In this document: positions 7,461 to 15,950 of the stretch, in pieces
Numbering within the stretch: position 1 is the first letter of the stretch
Layout: each line of letters starts with the position of its first letter
Assembly: GCA_030601865.1 (NCBI GenBank)
Contig: JAUWAW010000001.1
Coordinates: 46,433-110,432, forward strand
Source of the DNA: Candidatus Nealsonbacteria bacterium
Lineage (GTDB): Bacteria; Patescibacteriota; Minisyncoccia; Minisyncoccales; JAUWAW01
Direction of reading: 5' to 3'
Length of the DNA: 64,000 bases
Made by a program: the position numbers and the translations under genes
The notes under the pieces: model-generated
The model's database searches: none
The model's input: the letters and a program-made list of their open reading frames with translations, nothing else
Told to the model about the DNA's origin: nothing

Positions 7461-9419
7461 ATGAAATATCATATTGTTACTTACGGCTGTCAAATGAATA
7501 AAAGCGACAGTGAGAGGATTGCTACACTATTAGAGAATAAAGGATATCAGCCCGCGAAAGATATTTCTCGGGCTGATTTGGTAGTAATTAATATGTGTTC
7601 TGTTCGCCAAAAACCGGTAGACAAAGCCAAAAACCAGATTGCTCGTCTCCGCAATAAAAAAATTATTTTAATAGGTTGTATTTTAGATGCTGACAAAAAA
7701 GAATTTGCAAAAATGGGAGTTAAAATCTGGAGAGGTCTGACCTCTGCAAAACTTGCAGAGGTCAGACCTCTAACTGGTTTTGTGCCCATTATGAGAGGGT
7801 GTAATAATTTTTGTTCATACTGTGTTGTGCCTTACACTCGAGGGCCGGAAAAATATCGCAGTCAAAAAGAAATTATTGGCGAAGTTAAACATCTTCTTAA
7901 AAAAGGAATTAAAGAAATTACTTTGCTGGGTCAAAATGTCGATAGTTATAAATATAAACCACCACGGGATCCTTCGGCTTCGCCTCAGGATGATAACTCC
8001 GTTGTCAATTTTGTAAAATTACTTCAGAAAATTACTGTCTTGCCCGGCGATTTTAAGATTAAATTTATTACCAATCATCCCAAAGATTTTTCTGATGAAC
8101 TAATCGATGAGATTGCTCGGAATGACAAAATAATCAAATATGTTCACTTGCCAGTGCAGTCAGGTGATAATAAAATCTTAAAAAAGATGAACCGCAATTA
8201 TACTGGTGAGCAGTATTTGGCTTTGATTAAAAAAATTAAAAAGAAAATACCTAATGTTGACCTAACAACTGATATTATTGTTGGCTTTCCCGGTGAAACC
8301 GAAAAACAATTCCAAAAGACAGTTAACTTGTTTAAAAAGATTAAATTTGCTACCGCCTACATTGCCAAATACAGCCCCCGCCCCGGCACCGTTGCCTATA
8401 AACTAAAAGACAACGTCCCCCTCGCAGAAAAAAAGCGCCGAGAACAAACCCTGAGAAAATTAATACCTCCTACCCGTCATTCTGAGGCGAAGCCGAAGAA
8501 TCTCAACCAACGAGATCCTTCGGCTCGCTATCACTCGCCTCAGGATGACAATAACAAACTTATTGTTATTTTGGGGCCGACGGCTGTAGGGAAAACAGAG
8601 TTTTCAATAAAGCTGGCCAAAAAATTTAACGGCCAGGTGATTTCGGCTGACTCCCGTCAGGTCTATAAAGGAATGAACATCGGAACAGGTAAAATAAGCA
8701 AAAAAGAAAGGCAAGGTATCCCCCACTATCTTTTAGATATTGCCTCCCCCAGAAGAAGGTTTTCGGTTGCCCAATATCAAAAAAAGGCGATTGAAGTCAT
8801 AAACAAAATTTTAAAAAAGAAAAAAATCCCGTTTTTAGTAGGCGGAAGTCCTTTTTATATTTACTCTATTGTTGAGGGTTGGGTTTTTCCCAAAATGAAA
8901 GCCGACTTAAAACTGAGAAAAGAATTGGAAAAAAAATCAATTGAAGAACTTTTCAACATATTAAAAAAACTCTCTCCGCAGAGAGCCAAAACAATTGAAA
9001 AGAAAAACAAAAGACGGCTTATCAGGGCAATTGAGATTGCCAAGGCTTTAGGCAAAGTTTTGCCTCTGAAAAAAAATCCCCAATTTGATTGTTTGTTAAT
9101 AGGGATTAAACTAACAAAAGAAAAATTACAAAAAAAAGTTTCCCAAAGAGTTGATAAAATGATTGAATTAGGTCTTGAAAAAGAAGTAAAAAAATTATCT
9201 GAAAAATACGGCTTCAATTCTGTGTTGGGAGAAAGTATTGGCTACCAAGAATGGGAAAAAAGCGGCAGCCGGGCTGCCGCTGAAATAGCAGAGGAAATAA
9301 AATTTAATACTTATCATCTTGCCAAGCGGCAAATGACCTGGTTCAAAAAAGATAAAAGAATCCTTTGGGTTGAGAATTATAAACAAGCGGAAAATTTGAT
9401 CAAAAATTTCTTGGTATAA
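7461..9419 (+). CDS. miaB: Fusion protein: MiaB-like methylthiotransferase (MTTase N-domain + radical SAM, no TRAM) fused to MiaA tRNA dimethylallyltransferase
   Basis: N-terminus MKYHIVTYGCQMNKSDSE followed by the radical SAM motif GCNNFCSYCVVP. The C-terminal half has the MiaA P-loop LIVILGPTAVGKTEFSIKLA...ISADSRQVYKGMNIGT. The linker between the two halves is built from palindromic element sequence. Confidence 0.85.
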   Translation: MKYHIVTYGCQMNKSDSERIATLLENKGYQPAKDISRADLVVINMCSVRQKPVDKAKNQIARLRNKKIILIGCILDADKKEFAKMGVKIWRGLTSAKLAEVRPLTGFVPIMRGCNNFCSYCVVPYTRGPEKYRSQKEIIGEVKHLLKKGIKEITLLGQNVDSYKYKPPRDPSASPQDDNSVVNFVKLLQKITVLPGDFKIKFITNHPKDFSDELIDEIARNDKIIKYVHLPVQSGDNKILKKMNRNYTGEQYLALIKKIKKKIPNVDLTTDIIVGFPGETEKQFQKTVNLFKKIKFATAYIAKYSPRPGTVAYKLKDNVPLAEKKRREQTLRKLIPPTRHSEAKPKNLNQRDPSARYHSPQDDNNKLIVILGPTAVGKTEFSIKLAKKFNGQVISADSRQVYKGMNIGTGKISKKERQGIPHYLLDIASPRRRFSVAQYQKKAIEVINKILKKKKIPFLVGGSPFYIYSIVEGWVFPKMKADLKLRKELEKKSIEELFNILKKLSPQRAKTIEKKNKRRLIRAIEIAKALGKVLPLKKNPQFDCLLIGIKLTKEKLQKKVSQRVDKMIELGLEKEVKKLSEKYGFNSVLGESIGYQEWEKSGSRAAAEIAEEIKFNTYHLAKRQMTWFKKDKRILWVENYKQAENLIKNFLV

Positions 9420-9429
9420 CTTTATGTAA

Positions 9430-9451
9430 ATAACTCACGATCGTGAGTTAT
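9430..9451. terminator. 22-bp perfect palindrome (ATAACTCACGATCGTGAGTTAT) between convergent miaB-miaA and gatB; candidate bidirectional terminator
   Basis: Perfect self-complementary 22-mer with a CGATCG core, lying between two converging stop codons. Confidence 0.5.
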
Positions 9452-9456
9452 AAACA

Positions 9457-10914
9457 TTAAAGAAGTTGCTTTAATATTTGATTAACCAGTCCCGGGCTGG
9501 CTTTTCCTTTTGTTTGAGCCATAACTTTGCCCACCAGGAATTGTAAGGCGTTTTCTTTTCCCTTTTTATAATCCTCAACTGGTTTTGGGTTTTTATTAAT
9601 AACTTCTTTTATTATTTTTTCAATTTTTTTCTCATCAGTCATTTGTTGCCAGCCCTTTTCTTCAATAATATGGGAAGGGTCTCCTCCAGTGCCAAACATC
9701 TCTTTGAGAACGGTCTTAGCGATTTTGCTTGAAATCTCACCTTTGTAAATCAAAATAATAAACTCAGCAAAATTCTCGGGAGTGATGAGAAAATCCTCGC
9801 CGACAATAGAGGCCCCCTTCAAAAGACCTTGTAGGTCAGTAACAATATAGTTGACAGCCAATTGGGTGAACTTTTTAGTTTGCTTAATCTTTTCAATCTT
9901 TGCCCAGTTGTCCAGTTCAGACATAACTTTCTCAAGATATTCGCCCAAATTTTTATTAAAAACAAAAATTTCAATTTCCTCATCTTTGAGCGCGTATTCT
10001 CTTTTGAAACGTTCTCTACGGGACTGAGGCAATTCAGGAATTTCTGCTTTAATTTCATTGATAAAATCTTCTTCAAGATGAAGCGGAGGAAGGTTAGGTT
10101 CTGGAGCATGCAGGTCTTCCGTGGAAAACATACCACCTCCTTTTTTTCTCTGAGAAAAAGTCATTCCTTTTTCATCGTCCCATCCTCTTGTTTCGGGAAG
10201 CACTTTTTTACCCTTTTTCAAGAGTTCTCTTTGTCTTTCAATCTCAAATTCTGTTGCTTTTTCTGCTGCCCGGAAAGAATTTAAATTTTTAATCTCTACC
10301 TTTGTTCCTAATTTTTTACTGCCTTTCAGCGCCATTGAGATATTTACCTCCACCCTCATCTGACCTTTTTCCATATTAGCTTCAGAGACATTTAAGTATC
10401 TTAAGAGTATTTGCAATTCTTGGGCGAATTTCCTTGCTTCTCTTGCTGAACTAATATCGGGCTCTGTCACTAATTCTATAAGGGGTATCCCAGCTCGATT
10501 AAAATTAACTAAAGAATAATCTTCTTTATGGATTAACGTCCCCACATCTTCTTCTAAATGGAGTTCATGGATTCGTATTTTCTTAGCATCAATTTTTAAA
10601 AAACCATTCTTGCCCAAAGGAGAAATATCTTTACTTATTTGGTATCCTTTAGGTAAATCTGGATAGAAATAAAGCTTGCGAAAGAATTCGGACTTTCTAA
10701 CAATCTCACAATTCAGAGCTAGAGCAGTTTTAACTATCTTTTTCACCGTTTCTTTATTGAGAACCGGAAGCACTCCTGGGTGACCCATACAAATCGGACA
10801 AATATTGACATTGGCATGACTTTCGTTAACGTTATTCAGGCAAGAACAAAACATTTTGCTCTTGGTATTAAGTTCTATATGTATTTCTAAGCCAATTGTT
10901 GGTTGATAGTTCAT
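9457..10914 (-). CDS. gatB: Asp/Glu-tRNA amidotransferase subunit B
   Basis: N-terminus MNYQPTIGLEIHIELNTKSKMFCSC and a GatB/YqeY C-terminal domain. Confidence 0.9.
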   Translation of the reverse strand: MNYQPTIGLEIHIELNTKSKMFCSCLNNVNESHANVNICPICMGHPGVLPVLNKETVKKIVKTALALNCEIVRKSEFFRKLYFYPDLPKGYQISKDISPLGKNGFLKIDAKKIRIHELHLEEDVGTLIHKEDYSLVNFNRAGIPLIELVTEPDISSAREARKFAQELQILLRYLNVSEANMEKGQMRVEVNISMALKGSKKLGTKVEIKNLNSFRAAEKATEFEIERQRELLKKGKKVLPETRGWDDEKGMTFSQRKKGGGMFSTEDLHAPEPNLPPLHLEEDFINEIKAEIPELPQSRRERFKREYALKDEEIEIFVFNKNLGEYLEKVMSELDNWAKIEKIKQTKKFTQLAVNYIVTDLQGLLKGASIVGEDFLITPENFAEFIILIYKGEISSKIAKTVLKEMFGTGGDPSHIIEEKGWQQMTDEKKIEKIIKEVINKNPKPVEDYKKGKENALQFLVGKVMAQTKGKASPGLVNQILKQLL

Positions 10915-11561
10915 GTTTCCTTTATTATTTCAACACCGGAGCTAGTCCCGATAATATCAGCGCCGGCTTTGACCATGGCTTTGAGGTCTTTTAAGCTTTT
11001 AATTTTTCCTGCTGCTTTGATTAAAAGCCCTGGCACTGCTTTTTTCATAATGGCTAAGTGTCTGGCTTTTTCTTTTAGTTCTCTGTGTTCTAAAGGGTCT
11101 TTAAAGGTGGCTGTTTTAACGCAAATAGCGCCTGCTTTTTTAACAATTTGTGAGGCCTTTTTTATTTCTTCTTCAGTTAAATAGCCCGAACCAATAATCA
11201 CTTTAGTGGACAGAATTTTACAAAGCCCTTTTAGATCTTTCAAAACTTTGTCGTATCTTTCGTACTTCAAGTCAACAATATTCATCACCACATCTAATTC
11301 ATCAGCCCCGTCATTCTTTGCTTTTTGGCACATTTTTACTCTCTTTTGATGCGCGCTTTGACCCATTGGCGGGTCAATTAAAACAACAATTTTAATATCG
11401 GTATCTTTCAACTCCTTCTTCACCAACCCCACCCTTTCTGGATTAATACAAACACTCCGAAAACCGTATTTTTTAGCTTCCTGGCAAGTTTTTTTTATTG
11501 CTTTAGCCGTCGCCAACCGTTTTATATTCGTATGGTCAATAAGTTTTGCTATGTTTCTCAT
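10911..11561 (-). CDS. deoC: Deoxyribose-phosphate aldolase
   Basis: DeoC-like TIM-barrel motifs (GFRSVCINP, LIKAAGKIKSL..AGADIIGTSSG), with the Schiff-base lysine region present. Confidence 0.75.
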   Translation of the reverse strand: MRNIAKLIDHTNIKRLATAKAIKKTCQEAKKYGFRSVCINPERVGLVKKELKDTDIKIVVLIDPPMGQSAHQKRVKMCQKAKNDGADELDVVMNIVDLKYERYDKVLKDLKGLCKILSTKVIIGSGYLTEEEIKKASQIVKKAGAICVKTATFKDPLEHRELKEKARHLAIMKKAVPGLLIKAAGKIKSLKDLKAMVKAGADIIGTSSGVEIIKET

Positions 11562-12340
11562 GTTAAATTAAACTTGCTTTTCGCCTCTTCATACATATCT
11601 TTATAGATATGCATACTCACAGAAAAATGAGTATATGTTCCCACTGCCACGTCGAGCTCGTCTGCCATATGTTTTTGCAAAGCAGTAAAGGCGTAAGCGT
11701 TCTCAGGCCAGGCATTGTATAAATCATTGGTCTTCATCACCACAAACATATGCAGTTTTCCGTCCACCAATTGAGGATAGGCCAAAAGCAGACAGGGAGA
11801 AGATGTATCCTCTCTTTTGGGACCAAACTTCATTAAATCTCTAAAAGGAATCCAGGTGTGCATCACCACTGTTCGACGAGTTGGATCTTTTTTTAAGATT
11901 TGAATTGCTTTATCTACCTGGTCAATACGTTGAACCACGCACTTGCCATCAGGAGAAATCTTCTTTACTGCTGTCGCCAATTCCTCATCAGAATCTGTAA
12001 CACTCGGCAACCAAGCCCTTACTTTACAGTCTGGATAACAACGAAGCCGAGAATAATAAGTGTAATCAAAACTGTTTTCTTGCTCTTTTCCTGAACCGTG
12101 TATTAATTTCTTGGCATACTCATCAGCTTGTTCCCGGTTGGCATTAGCCTTTGAAGAAAGCCTGGGCTCGGAAAAAGGTTCTGAAACCTTTATCATTAAA
12201 GGTAGGTCTTTTGTTTCTATTTTGTATTCCGGGGCCTGGACGTACCTATCATGACCTTGCTTCATTACTAAGACACAGGCCTTTTCCCAGGCCTCGCCTA
12301 ACGTTTTTGCTTCAATTATTGTTGTATTGTACATAAGCAC
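11558..12340 (-). CDS. Thymidylate synthase family protein (archaeal-type ThyA-like)
   Basis: RRTVVMHTWIP aligns with the ThyA SRRIIVSAWNP motif. SPCLLLAY matches the catalytic PCH cysteine region, and WPENAYAF matches the Asn-containing motif (PFNIASY) that distinguishes dUMP- from dCMP-specific enzymes. Overall the match to bacterial ThyA is divergent. Confidence 0.6.
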   Translation of the reverse strand: MLMYNTTIIEAKTLGEAWEKACVLVMKQGHDRYVQAPEYKIETKDLPLMIKVSEPFSEPRLSSKANANREQADEYAKKLIHGSGKEQENSFDYTYYSRLRCYPDCKVRAWLPSVTDSDEELATAVKKISPDGKCVVQRIDQVDKAIQILKKDPTRRTVVMHTWIPFRDLMKFGPKREDTSSPCLLLAYPQLVDGKLHMFVVMKTNDLYNAWPENAYAFTALQKHMADELDVAVGTYTHFSVSMHIYKDMYEEAKSKFNLT

Positions 12341-12365
12341 TTTGCTAAGCTTTTAATTTTTTACT

Positions 12366-13250
12366 TTAGTCGTGCCAGCCGTATTCGTCGGCTGACTCGT
12401 ATTCGTCGGCTGACTCTTGGTTTTCTTTCTCGACCTTTTTGATGAACAGCTTCTGGTCCTGTTCATAATCTAAGCCATTCTTGAGAGCTATTTCAGCCTT
12501 CTGAAGCTCCCGGCCCAAATACATAGCATGTTCCTTGGTCTGTTGGAAATCACCGATTAAGTCAAGATTGACTATTGTTTTACAAATACGTTCTGCTGAA
12601 TCTCCTGTTATTTTACATTTTAATTTATTGTCTTGGAAATGTTCAACGATTATCTTATTCCTTTCTTTATTAATTAAAACAACAAAGAATCCTTTTGGGT
12701 CAGGTATCCAGTCAGGGCAGGAATGAGCTTCTATTTCTGCTACTTTCTCAATTTTCAAAACCTTTGGAGAAAACTCGCTGGGTTTGGTTTGCAAAAGCTT
12801 ATCAATCACTTCTTCAATTTTCTTACCGTCCCTCTCACCTACCATATTGACAGGTGAAATCTGTTTTCTGAATTGTTCAATCAGTTCTTTATCAATACCT
12901 TTTAGATAGGACATATTGCCTTTGGCTCCGATAATCATTTTATCATTGTCTATACCGCTTTTTACAAGACATTCTATTGCTTGAGAGACAAAATGACCTT
13001 TGGAAATTTTCCCGCAAAGAATCAAATACCTGATATTGGGATTGGAAACTATGTTTTGGATTATTTTTTCTATGCCGATGTTCTCTGTAACACATTTACC
13101 CCAGATTGCTACTTTCTGAGGACTGATTTTTATTTCATCAATACTAGCATTAGTGCAAACAGCCACTGGCGAAATTTTATTGCCCACCTCGTATCTTCCC
13201 TGAACTGGCGGCCAATTTTGCAGCTTGCTTTCCATATTGATAAGTCGCAC
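12366..13250 (-). CDS. MtrA-like (tetrahydromethanopterin S-methyltransferase subunit A fold) protein with extra C-terminal domain and acidic ESADEY repeats
   Basis: PVAVCTNAS...AIWGKCVTENIGIEKIIQNIVSNPNIRYLILCGKISKGHFVSQAI matches my recollection of the MtrA/PF04208 signature, including the His in a GH motif. The annotated start is a GTG at 13250; an ATG at 13235 (MESKLQ) is an alternative. The C-terminal ESADEYESADEY comes from an 18-bp tandem repeat. Confidence 0.55.
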   Translation of the reverse strand: MRLINMESKLQNWPPVQGRYEVGNKISPVAVCTNASIDEIKISPQKVAIWGKCVTENIGIEKIIQNIVSNPNIRYLILCGKISKGHFVSQAIECLVKSGIDNDKMIIGAKGNMSYLKGIDKELIEQFRKQISPVNMVGERDGKKIEEVIDKLLQTKPSEFSPKVLKIEKVAEIEAHSCPDWIPDPKGFFVVLINKERNKIIVEHFQDNKLKCKITGDSAERICKTIVNLDLIGDFQQTKEHAMYLGRELQKAEIALKNGLDYEQDQKLFIKKVEKENQESADEYESADEYGWHD

Positions 13251-13864
13251 TAACAGTGCGACGGGTCTGTCGCACTGTTAGTGCGACAATTAGGCCTAAA
13301 TTCTTGGTTTATTTTGCTGGCTTGAGGAGATTCCTGTTTATCGTATTTCTGAGCTTTTTTTTCTGAATAGGAAACCTCGCAAGGACCAGAAAGCGTCTCA
13401 AAAGTCAAGGCGCAAACCCGCATCCCGGCATATAAAATAATGGGCATAATTCCCAAATTCCCCAATTCCATCACTGCTTTTCCCTGCCAACCAGGGTCAA
13501 AGCGAGCGGCGGTTGAATGAACTATCATTCCCAACCTACCCAAAGAACTTCTACCATCCAGTCTTGCCATTATATCATTGGGTAAAATTATTTCTTCTTT
13601 TGTTATAGCAATCACAAATTCTTTTGATTGCAAGATAAAAGGAGCTCCATCTTCTATTTTTACTTCCTCCATTAATTTTTCGAAATTGATATCTCTTTTA
13701 AGGTCTAAATAGGGATATTGAGAGGGCTTAAAAGTTTTAAAAATATTGCCTAAATGTAAATCTAAGGAACAAGGTCCTAATTGCTTTTCAAAATCGGGCT
13801 CAGGCTTGATTGTGATTTTTCCTTCCCTAATATATTTTTTTATGTCTTTGTCTGAGAGAATCAT
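13250..13864 (-). CDS. dcd: dCTP deaminase (Dcd/dUTPase superfamily) with palindrome-encoded C-terminal extension
   Basis: MILSDKDIKKYIREGKITIKPEP...LGPCSLDLHLGN matches the Dcd N-terminus. The last 13 aa or so (..RPNCRTNSATDPSHC) are encoded by the palindrome at 13244..13287. Confidence 0.8.
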   Translation of the reverse strand: MILSDKDIKKYIREGKITIKPEPDFEKQLGPCSLDLHLGNIFKTFKPSQYPYLDLKRDINFEKLMEEVKIEDGAPFILQSKEFVIAITKEEIILPNDIMARLDGRSSLGRLGMIVHSTAARFDPGWQGKAVMELGNLGIMPIILYAGMRVCALTFETLSGPCEVSYSEKKAQKYDKQESPQASKINQEFRPNCRTNSATDPSHC

Positions 13865-14012
13865 TGATGTTTAAGACAGAAAAATTAGTCGTTGTTTTAT
13901 CATAGCACATTTTTGGAAATAAAAAAAATGGAAGGGGCCTTGTTAGACAAGACACCTTCTTGTGAATTGTGGATATTCTCAGATCATTCCTCCTTTTCAC
14001 TACCTCCTCTCA

Positions 14013-14690
14013 TTAGATAACCGGGCATTGGCATTTCTCTTTGAGACAGGTCCGGCATTTTCCAGGATAGGTTTGCCAAGTGACTTCGGAAAGAGATATC
14101 TGCAGTTTATTGCAAGCAGCAACAAGCCAGGCAAAAGCATCAGCCAATTCGGCCTCCAATTCTGCTCTCGGGCCTAATCTAAAGGCTCGGCTTATTTCCC
14201 CTATCTCTTCAAAAAGATGAAACCATATTTGGACTTGGAATTTTATTTTATTCACTCGTCCATAAATCCTTTCAAACATCTGCTGCCAACCGTCAAGGAT
14301 AAAGGGCTTTTGTTTCATTCTGTTCCTGTATTTCTCCAATAGTTCTCTATCGTCTTTGTATTTCAGTTCTTGAGAAATACAAGTACAGTTCTTTTCCTGT
14401 AAACAGTAAGGGCAGACACTCGGATATTTGTGCCAGACGGCATTCTCCAAATCAATCCCTGTTGGCTCGCAAGTATTGCAAAAGGCCAATAGCCAACCGA
14501 AAACATCCGGGATATTCTTTACCACACTTTCTCTGTCTTCCTTGCGCAGATGTTCAGCCAGTTCAGCCATCTCCTCAATAACATGAAGCAAGATATCAGA
14601 GGGACTGTAAATTTCGTCATTCCTTGCTCCATAAATTGAAAAAAATAACCCTTGCCATTGTCTAATACTTTGCGGTTTTTCCATCTCCAC
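14013..14690 (-). CDS. Tandem MazG-like all-alpha NTP pyrophosphohydrolase (two domains, each followed by a Cys4 motif)
   Basis: Two repeats of an EExxEL...D helix motif (IEEMAELAEHLRKEDRE and FEEIGEISRAF...ELEAELADAF), each followed by YPxxCxxCLxEKxCxC. Candidate dimeric dUTPase-like enzyme. Confidence 0.65.
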   Translation of the reverse strand: MEMEKPQSIRQWQGLFFSIYGARNDEIYSPSDILLHVIEEMAELAEHLRKEDRESVVKNIPDVFGWLLAFCNTCEPTGIDLENAVWHKYPSVCPYCLQEKNCTCISQELKYKDDRELLEKYRNRMKQKPFILDGWQQMFERIYGRVNKIKFQVQIWFHLFEEIGEISRAFRLGPRAELEAELADAFAWLVAACNKLQISLSEVTWQTYPGKCRTCLKEKCQCPVI

Positions 14691-14799
14691 ACTCCTTTCG
14701 TTTAAGTTAAAGAACTATGTTACAATCCTTTCGCACTGCGACCAAAGAGTACAAATTGCTACATTACTTTTAAGATTCCCCAGAACCAGCAAGTTCTTT

Positions 14800-15159
14800 T
14801 TATAAATTGGCCACTTCATTTTTTACCTCTAATTGTCGCCGAACAAGAAACGCAAAAAGCAGAAAATAACGTTCAAGGTCTTTAAGGGAACTCTGATAAT
14901 TCTTTCCCCCAAAAACAGCGTCGCAGAACACTTCCCGCACTCTTGCAATCTCCCGAAGACGACCACGCCAGCGAGAATCCGCAAGAGTCAGATCGAAGAG
15001 TTCAAGAGCTCTGTCAACTGCGCCCCAAAAAATATTTTTGTCTTTTCCTTGCCATTTACGCGCTCGTGTTACTTCACTACCAATATTTGCCAATTGCTCT
15101 GCCAAAGAAAGCTGAAACCATCTATTTTTAGCTAACTCTTTGTGAAAAAGTTTCTTCAT
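14800..15159 (-). CDS. Hypothetical small alpha-helical protein
   Basis: 119-aa ORF, co-directional with and overlapping the upstream gene by 4 nt. No family assigned. Confidence 0.4.
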   Translation of the reverse strand: MKKLFHKELAKNRWFQLSLAEQLANIGSEVTRARKWQGKDKNIFWGAVDRALELFDLTLADSRWRGRLREIARVREVFCDAVFGGKNYQSSLKDLERYFLLFAFLVRRQLEVKNEVANL

Positions 15160-15521
15160 CTTGATACGAGTTTTTCTACAATTTTTCTAATTTTTTCTTG
15201 AATCACGGGATTATCCACCTCTCGGGAGCGATTCCCAAAAGAGGGCTTCAGATTAATCACAGAATCAATCTCAATCCAGTCATTACCCGTTTTCTCAGGA
15301 TATAGGTTAATACCCCAGGTATGCTCTCTCTTTGAGTTTTCTTGCTCCATAAGAGAGACCTCTTCATCAGAGTGAAGTTCTCCTCCAACTGCCATAATTC
15401 CTTGCTCTACATCTACCACTGCCTTTACTAAATCACCGAACTGCTCTTTGGCAATACGTTTCAATTCTTCTCGTTTTATTGAATCTTTAATAATTATTAT
15501 TGGCATATATAATTTTCCCAA
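15156..15521 (-). CDS. Conserved hypothetical protein (DUF5674-like, recollection only)
   Basis: The motif ...FGDLVKAVVDVEQGIMAVGGELHSDEE...WGINLYPE resembles a conserved uncharacterised family. Confidence 0.4.
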   Translation of the reverse strand: MGKLYMPIIIIKDSIKREELKRIAKEQFGDLVKAVVDVEQGIMAVGGELHSDEEVSLMEQENSKREHTWGINLYPEKTGNDWIEIDSVINLKPSFGNRSREVDNPVIQEKIRKIVEKLVSR

Positions 15522-15525
15522 TAGC

Positions 15526-15948
15526 CTACTCTACTTCAATACCCATATTCTTGGCAGTGCCTTGTACAATGCGCATGGCCGCTTCAATGTCTTGGGTGTT
15601 GAAGTCAGGCATTTTCTTTTGGGCGATTTCTTTTAACTGGGCTTTGGTGATTTTGGCCACTTTTTTACGATTGGGTTCGCCCGAGCCTTTTTCAATGGCC
15701 GCTGCTTTTTTCAAAAGCTCGGAGGTTAAGGGCTGCTTTAATTTAAAAGTATAGGAGCCGTCTTCATAAACAGTCAGGTCAACCGGAATCTTAAAACCAG
15801 CCATATTTTTTGTTTGGTCATTAAACTTTTGGCAAAATTCAGCAATGTTTATGCCGTGTGGAGCCAAAGCCGGCCCAACCGGAGGAGCAGGGGTCGCTTT
15901 CCCTGCTGGAATCTGTAATTTTACTACTGTCTTGATTGATTTTGACAT
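15526..15948 (-). CDS. rplK: 50S ribosomal protein L11
   Basis: [33 protein letters not shown] is the L11 signature. The likely start is the ATG at 15948 ([12 protein letters not shown]); the ORF-track start at 15987 is an upstream extension. Confidence 0.9.
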   Translation of the reverse strand: MSKSIKTVVKLQIPAGKATPAPPVGPALAPHGINIAEFCQKFNDQTKNMAGFKIPVDLTVYEDGSYTFKLKQPLTSELLKKAAAIEKGSGEPNRKKVAKITKAQLKEIAQKKMPDFNTQDIEAAMRIVQGTAKNMGIEVE

Positions 15949-15950
15949 AA

